Assembly: GCA_019058315.1 (NCBI GenBank)
Contig: JAHPZH010000004.1
Span: forward strand, 64,001-128,000
Reading direction: 5' to 3'
DNA: 64,000 nucleotides
DNA from: Candidatus Helarchaeota archaeon
GTDB taxonomy: Archaea > Asgardarchaeota > Lokiarchaeia > Helarchaeales > RDOG01
In this document: positions 60,061-64,000 of the stretch, piece by piece
Numbering within the stretch: position 1 is the stretch's first letter
Layout of the letters: each line of letters begins with the position of its first letter
Position numbers and translations under genes: made by a program
Notes under the pieces: model-generated
Told to the model about the DNA's origin: nothing
The model's input: only the letters and a program-made list of their open reading frames with translations
Database searches by the model: none

Positions 60061-60948
60061 TTATTTGGAACCTCCACTTTTTTCATATACGGAAAACCAG
60101 ATATCTTTTTTAAATTCTGGTAATAAATCCATAGCAGTATTCATGTCTTCTGAAGATATTATCATCCTAATAGTTAATCGCCAATATATATTTGCAAAAA
60201 CATATCTAGGTTTATGTCCAAATTTTGAGACCCATCGTTCACAGACTTCATCTAAAATCCTTATTAAATCCTTTGGATTTTTATCAAGTTCAAATTCCAT
60301 AAGGAAAAAATAATATGAAATTTTTCTTTTTTGAATGGCTTTAATTAAAGTTTTTTTTATTTTCTCTTTTTTTGAGACTTCGAATGCTTTAATATCTTCT
60401 TCATAAACCGTTTTATAATTTAATAAATTTGCATTCATGGCAACTTTATTTGGAATTTTATGAATATTACCAATCCCGACTGTATCCCTTAAAATTGTGT
60501 AGTTCATACCTATTTCAGTTACAAAACCTTCAATTTCTCCTATTTTTATAAAATCTCCTACACTATAAGGTCTAGAACCTATCATAAAAAATCCAGCAAT
60601 AAGGTTACCAACTATGATTGCACTCGCAAGACCTATTGCCGTTGAAAAGATTGTCGTAAAATTCATCAACGTTTCATAATCCATAATACCAAGTGTGACT
60701 AAAACAGAAAATAGCACTATGAAAATTACAATCATCCTAATGAAATTAAGAAAACCACTAAATGCCTCATGCGGGAATTTTCGGGTCTTTTTAAATGATC
60801 TCTTAATAATATAACCCGTAATTTCTACAGATAATAGAATAGTAACGGCTATCACTATTACAAGAAATAAATTACTAATGAAATCATAATAAACTCTTTT
60901 GTTTATTTCATCATATAATGCTATAATTTGATTTATATCAACTGCCAA
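60061..60948 (-). CDS. MscS-family mechanosensitive channel protein, paralog
   Basis: NLIAG......RPY.VGD.I.IG...G.V.EIG..YT, IPN. Confidence 0.8.
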   Translation of the reverse strand: MAVDINQIIALYDEINKRVYYDFISNLFLVIVIAVTILLSVEITGYIIKRSFKKTRKFPHEAFSGFLNFIRMIVIFIVLFSVLVTLGIMDYETLMNFTTIFSTAIGLASAIIVGNLIAGFFMIGSRPYSVGDFIKIGEIEGFVTEIGMNYTILRDTVGIGNIHKIPNKVAMNANLLNYKTVYEEDIKAFEVSKKEKIKKTLIKAIQKRKISYYFFLMEFELDKNPKDLIRILDEVCERWVSKFGHKPRYVFANIYWRLTIRMIISSEDMNTAMDLLPEFKKDIWFSVYEKSGGSK

Positions 60949-61104
60949 TTTTAAGTATCCTCCGACTTCAAGATTTTAATTAAAATTAAAAAATTTGCCT
61001 GAAATTGAGATAAGATATAATGAATAGCTATTTAAATGGTTATATAATTTTAAAATAAGAAAATGGATATATAAAGTATAAACATTATATTAAAAGGCGA
61101 TTAT

Positions 61105-62172
61105 ATGCCTAGATTCTTTAGAAAAATTAAAAAAAAAGTAGGGAATCCTCCTGGGACTCTTATATATACAGGTGAAAAAAGAGACGAAAAAATTAAGGTA
61201 AAAATGATTGAATACAATGATTCTGACTACAATGAAAAAGAAATTGAAGAAAATTTAATTGATAAATGTCTGACTTTTAAAGATACTAAAGAAATCTCAT
61301 GGTTGAATATTGAGGGAATCCATAAATTAGAAATAATTGAAAAAATTGGAAATTATGTAAAAATACATCCTTTGGTTTTAGAAGACATAGTGAATGTTAA
61401 TCAACGTCCAAAGATAGAAAACTTTGATGATTACATATATTTGATTCTTAAGATTTTAGATTATGATGAAAATAAAAATGAGGTTATATTAGAGCAAATT
61501 AGTATTATTTTTAGTTCAAATTATGTAATTACTTTTAGAGAAAAATCATCTGAACTATTCAATCCTATTATAAATAGAATCCGGACAAAAAAGGGGCAAA
61601 TTCGGAAAATGGGAACAGACTATCTTGTTTATTCTCTAATTGATATAGTCATAGATTATTATTTTTTAATATTAGAAAATATTGGAGAAAAGATTGAGGA
61701 TATGGAGGCAGAATTAGTAACAAACCCTACAGAAAGTACTTTACAAAATATTCATCAAATGAAAAGGGGACTATTAACTTTAAGAAGATCAATTTGGCCT
61801 TTAAGAGAAGTAATTAACCGTTTATTGAGAAGAGAATTACCATTTATTCATGAGGAATCGAATCTATATTTTAGAGATCTTTATGATCATACAATTCAAA
61901 TAATTGATACTATAGAAACACTAAGAGACATACTTTCTGGGATGCTTGATATTTATCTATCAAGTGTTAGCAATAAAATGAACGAAGTTATGAAAGTTCT
62001 TACTGTTATTGCAACAATTTTTATCCCTTTAACATTTTTAACTGGGATATTCGGTATAAATTTTATTGCTTTGCCAAATATTTACTGGGAAGGAATCATT
62101 ATAACTCTAGTTGCAATGTTGATTGTTACAATTTTTATGGTAATATACTTTAAAAGAAAGAACTGGTTGTAA
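61105..62172 (+). CDS. corA: CorA-family Mg/Co transporter (GIN variant signature)
   Basis: G.PPGTL.Y.G, IHPL.LEDI...QRPK.E, YFRDLYDH, N.VMK.LT, G.FGINF. Confidence 0.9.
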   Translation: MPRFFRKIKKKVGNPPGTLIYTGEKRDEKIKVKMIEYNDSDYNEKEIEENLIDKCLTFKDTKEISWLNIEGIHKLEIIEKIGNYVKIHPLVLEDIVNVNQRPKIENFDDYIYLILKILDYDENKNEVILEQISIIFSSNYVITFREKSSELFNPIINRIRTKKGQIRKMGTDYLVYSLIDIVIDYYFLILENIGEKIEDMEAELVTNPTESTLQNIHQMKRGLLTLRRSIWPLREVINRLLRRELPFIHEESNLYFRDLYDHTIQIIDTIETLRDILSGMLDIYLSSVSNKMNEVMKVLTVIATIFIPLTFLTGIFGINFIALPNIYWEGIIITLVAMLIVTIFMVIYFKRKNWL

Positions 62173-62476
62173 AATGTTTCATGAAGAAATTTATCCAAAA
62201 CCTTCATTAATCTATTGCTAATTTATCCAATAATTATCAATAATAATTTATTCTCAATTAGATGAGATCTTTTGATTTTGATGCTTTCTATTAGTATATA
62301 TTCAATGGAATTGGGAAAAAAGCTTTAGGAAATGTTAGAATAAAATAAATTAAATTAAAAATTAAGATTGATATTTGTATAAGATTTAATTATAATACAT
62401 TTTTAATACATTTTAAATACAAAAAATCTTTAGTTACTTATAAAATTAAAAAAAGAACTTTAAATGGGATATTAAA

Positions 62477-63208
62477 ATGGAAAAAAAGGATATTGTCTTA
62501 ATTTCAGGTTTAATTTTAATTACTATGGTAATAATCTTTATTTTAAACATTATTTTCGTTTTTCCTTTAACTAGGGAAAATATGTGGTTATATGGGTTAA
62601 TAATATTAGGTGTTGGATTATTGGTCTATACTATGGGTCTTTTTTTCAGAGAAACACACTATTTAGAAATACTTGGCTGTATAGTGACCATAATCGGAGA
62701 GCTTTTCATTGTATTTTACTTTGCACAACCGACAACTTTATGGGAACCAGCTCCTGTTTGGTCTACTTGGTTAACGGCATATATTTTAATACCAAGTGCC
62801 ACGTTTTGTGCAATGATGATTATTAGTTACGTTTATGTTACTGAACACAAAGATATATTGGGTCTTAATTGGTCTATCATGCTACTTTCAGGTGCATTCT
62901 TTGGACTGATGATAGAAGCTGCCATTAAAGAGCCTACTTTCTTTAAAAATCAAAATATTCCAATCATTGCTCTAATTATTATTGCTGGGGGATTTATGCT
63001 TTATGCCTTCACCACATGGAAACTATACGAGAAACCTAGTTATCTAATAGCACTAGCGGGAGCTTTTATAGTTAATATTGGGGTAATAATGCTAGAAACA
63101 CATTATAGAATTTGGGAATTTCCGATTGCCTCACTTGGACTAGTACTTCCTGCGGCAGTTTTCTTTATTCTTGTGTATATTAATTATCTAATCTCACCAC
63201 ATGATTAA
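62477..63208 (+). CDS. Hypothetical multi-pass membrane protein
   Basis: About 8 TM helices. Confidence 0.7.
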   Translation: MEKKDIVLISGLILITMVIIFILNIIFVFPLTRENMWLYGLIILGVGLLVYTMGLFFRETHYLEILGCIVTIIGELFIVFYFAQPTTLWEPAPVWSTWLTAYILIPSATFCAMMIISYVYVTEHKDILGLNWSIMLLSGAFFGLMIEAAIKEPTFFKNQNIPIIALIIIAGGFMLYAFTTWKLYEKPSYLIALAGAFIVNIGVIMLETHYRIWEFPIASLGLVLPAAVFFILVYINYLISPHD

Positions 63209-63242
63209 AAAAAAGTATTTTTTTTAAAAGGAAGTCTGAAAT

Positions 63243-63935
63243 TTGGCAAATACTGAATTAATAGAAAAAAAAGCTGAAAAAAATTCACAATTGGCGAAAC
63301 AAGAGCTAATAGCAGCGGAAAAATTAAGAACATTAGCTAAAACTGAATTAGAAAGGGCTAAAGCCAGAGAAAATCTTATGAAAAAAGAATTAGAACTTGT
63401 AAAAATTAGAGTTGAATTAACTGAAAAAAGCAAAGCTTTAGTGGATACCAAATTTAAAATTAAGAAAAGTGGTATTCTAAAATTTCCAGACGAGATTTTA
63501 AATAATGAAAAAGAACAATCAATATATAATGAAAAATTAATCATTAATCAAGAAGAAATTGCCGAAATCAACAAAAAAATAGCTGAGATAGAAATAGAAA
63601 TAGCTAAAGAAAAAGAACAACTTGCTAGGGAAAAAATTGATGTAGCTAAAAAAAGAAAACAATTATCAGAAAAACAATTCAAGTATGTCGAATTAGAAAG
63701 AGGTAATCATCCACAAGAGAAGATAAAAAAAGCAGAAAAAGAATATTTGGATAAATCCGAACAATTACTGAAAGAAAGAAAAGATGTTTTCGAAAAAGAA
63801 AAAAGTATTTTTAAAAAAGAAAATAAGTTAGCAGACTTAAAAGGAAAACTTTCTTATATATTAAGTGAACAAGAAAAGATCAAACATTTGGGAGTTCTAA
63901 GTAATAAATCTAAGCCTGAAATTTCAAACGAATAA
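63243..63935 (+). CDS. Long coiled-coil protein (E/K-rich)
   Basis: Heptad-rich 230-aa ORF. Confidence 0.65.
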   Translation: MANTELIEKKAEKNSQLAKQELIAAEKLRTLAKTELERAKARENLMKKELELVKIRVELTEKSKALVDTKFKIKKSGILKFPDEILNNEKEQSIYNEKLIINQEEIAEINKKIAEIEIEIAKEKEQLAREKIDVAKKRKQLSEKQFKYVELERGNHPQEKIKKAEKEYLDKSEQLLKERKDVFEKEKSIFKKENKLADLKGKLSYILSEQEKIKHLGVLSNKSKPEISNE

Positions 63936-64000
63936 GAGATTTAATAATTTAATTTTCAAAATAAATCTCAATAATTTCTATAAGAGTAAATCTAAACCAA

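Noticed and set aside
62173-62476. Possible gene remnant or ncRNA after corA
   Set aside because: Only very short ORFs, and no GC-rich structure or recognisable homology.
63243-63935. ESCRT-III, SMC or other named coiled-coil family
   Set aside because: Only generic heptad composition; no diagnostic motif visible.

Overview
AT-rich (roughly 70% AT by eye), gene-dense archaeal DNA. Gene content (Tes/GDGT-MAS, a PAC2 proteasome chaperone with an HbYX tail, GGR-family reductases, HTH-V4R, paired large 4Fe-4S proteins, bacterial-type Adk and PlsC) and GGTGA/GGAG Shine-Dalgarno sites with frequent TTG starts suggest an Asgard archaeon (Loki/Hel-like; inference). I found no rRNA, tRNA, CRISPR array or transposase. 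Main observations: (1) The PAC2/PbaB-like gene is interrupted by a 26-nt intron (17769-17794) that folds into a canonical bulge-helix-bulge motif. Cutting at the standard EndA positions restores the frame and the conserved GFxGxGxxGYIA motif, so this looks like a tRNA-type intron in a protein-coding gene. (2) A co-oriented cluster (22.5-33.1 kb) joins a triple-PlsC acyltransferase, a LarA-family protein, a HAD phosphatase, a split PlsA/PlsR(Ger)-like activase/reductase system and tetraether synthase, a candidate pathway for bacterial-type or hybrid ether lipids. (3) An operon encodes a tandem metallophosphoesterase, an HD protein, a divergent RtcB-family ligase and a circularly permuted ATP-grasp protein. 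Also seen: a BpsA-KsgA-like fusion whose last 150 bp are duplicated on the far side of a GGR gene, a probable ATT start codon, a promoter architecture shared by two distant small ORFs, and many adjacent paralog pairs. All family calls come from motif recognition by eye, not database searches.
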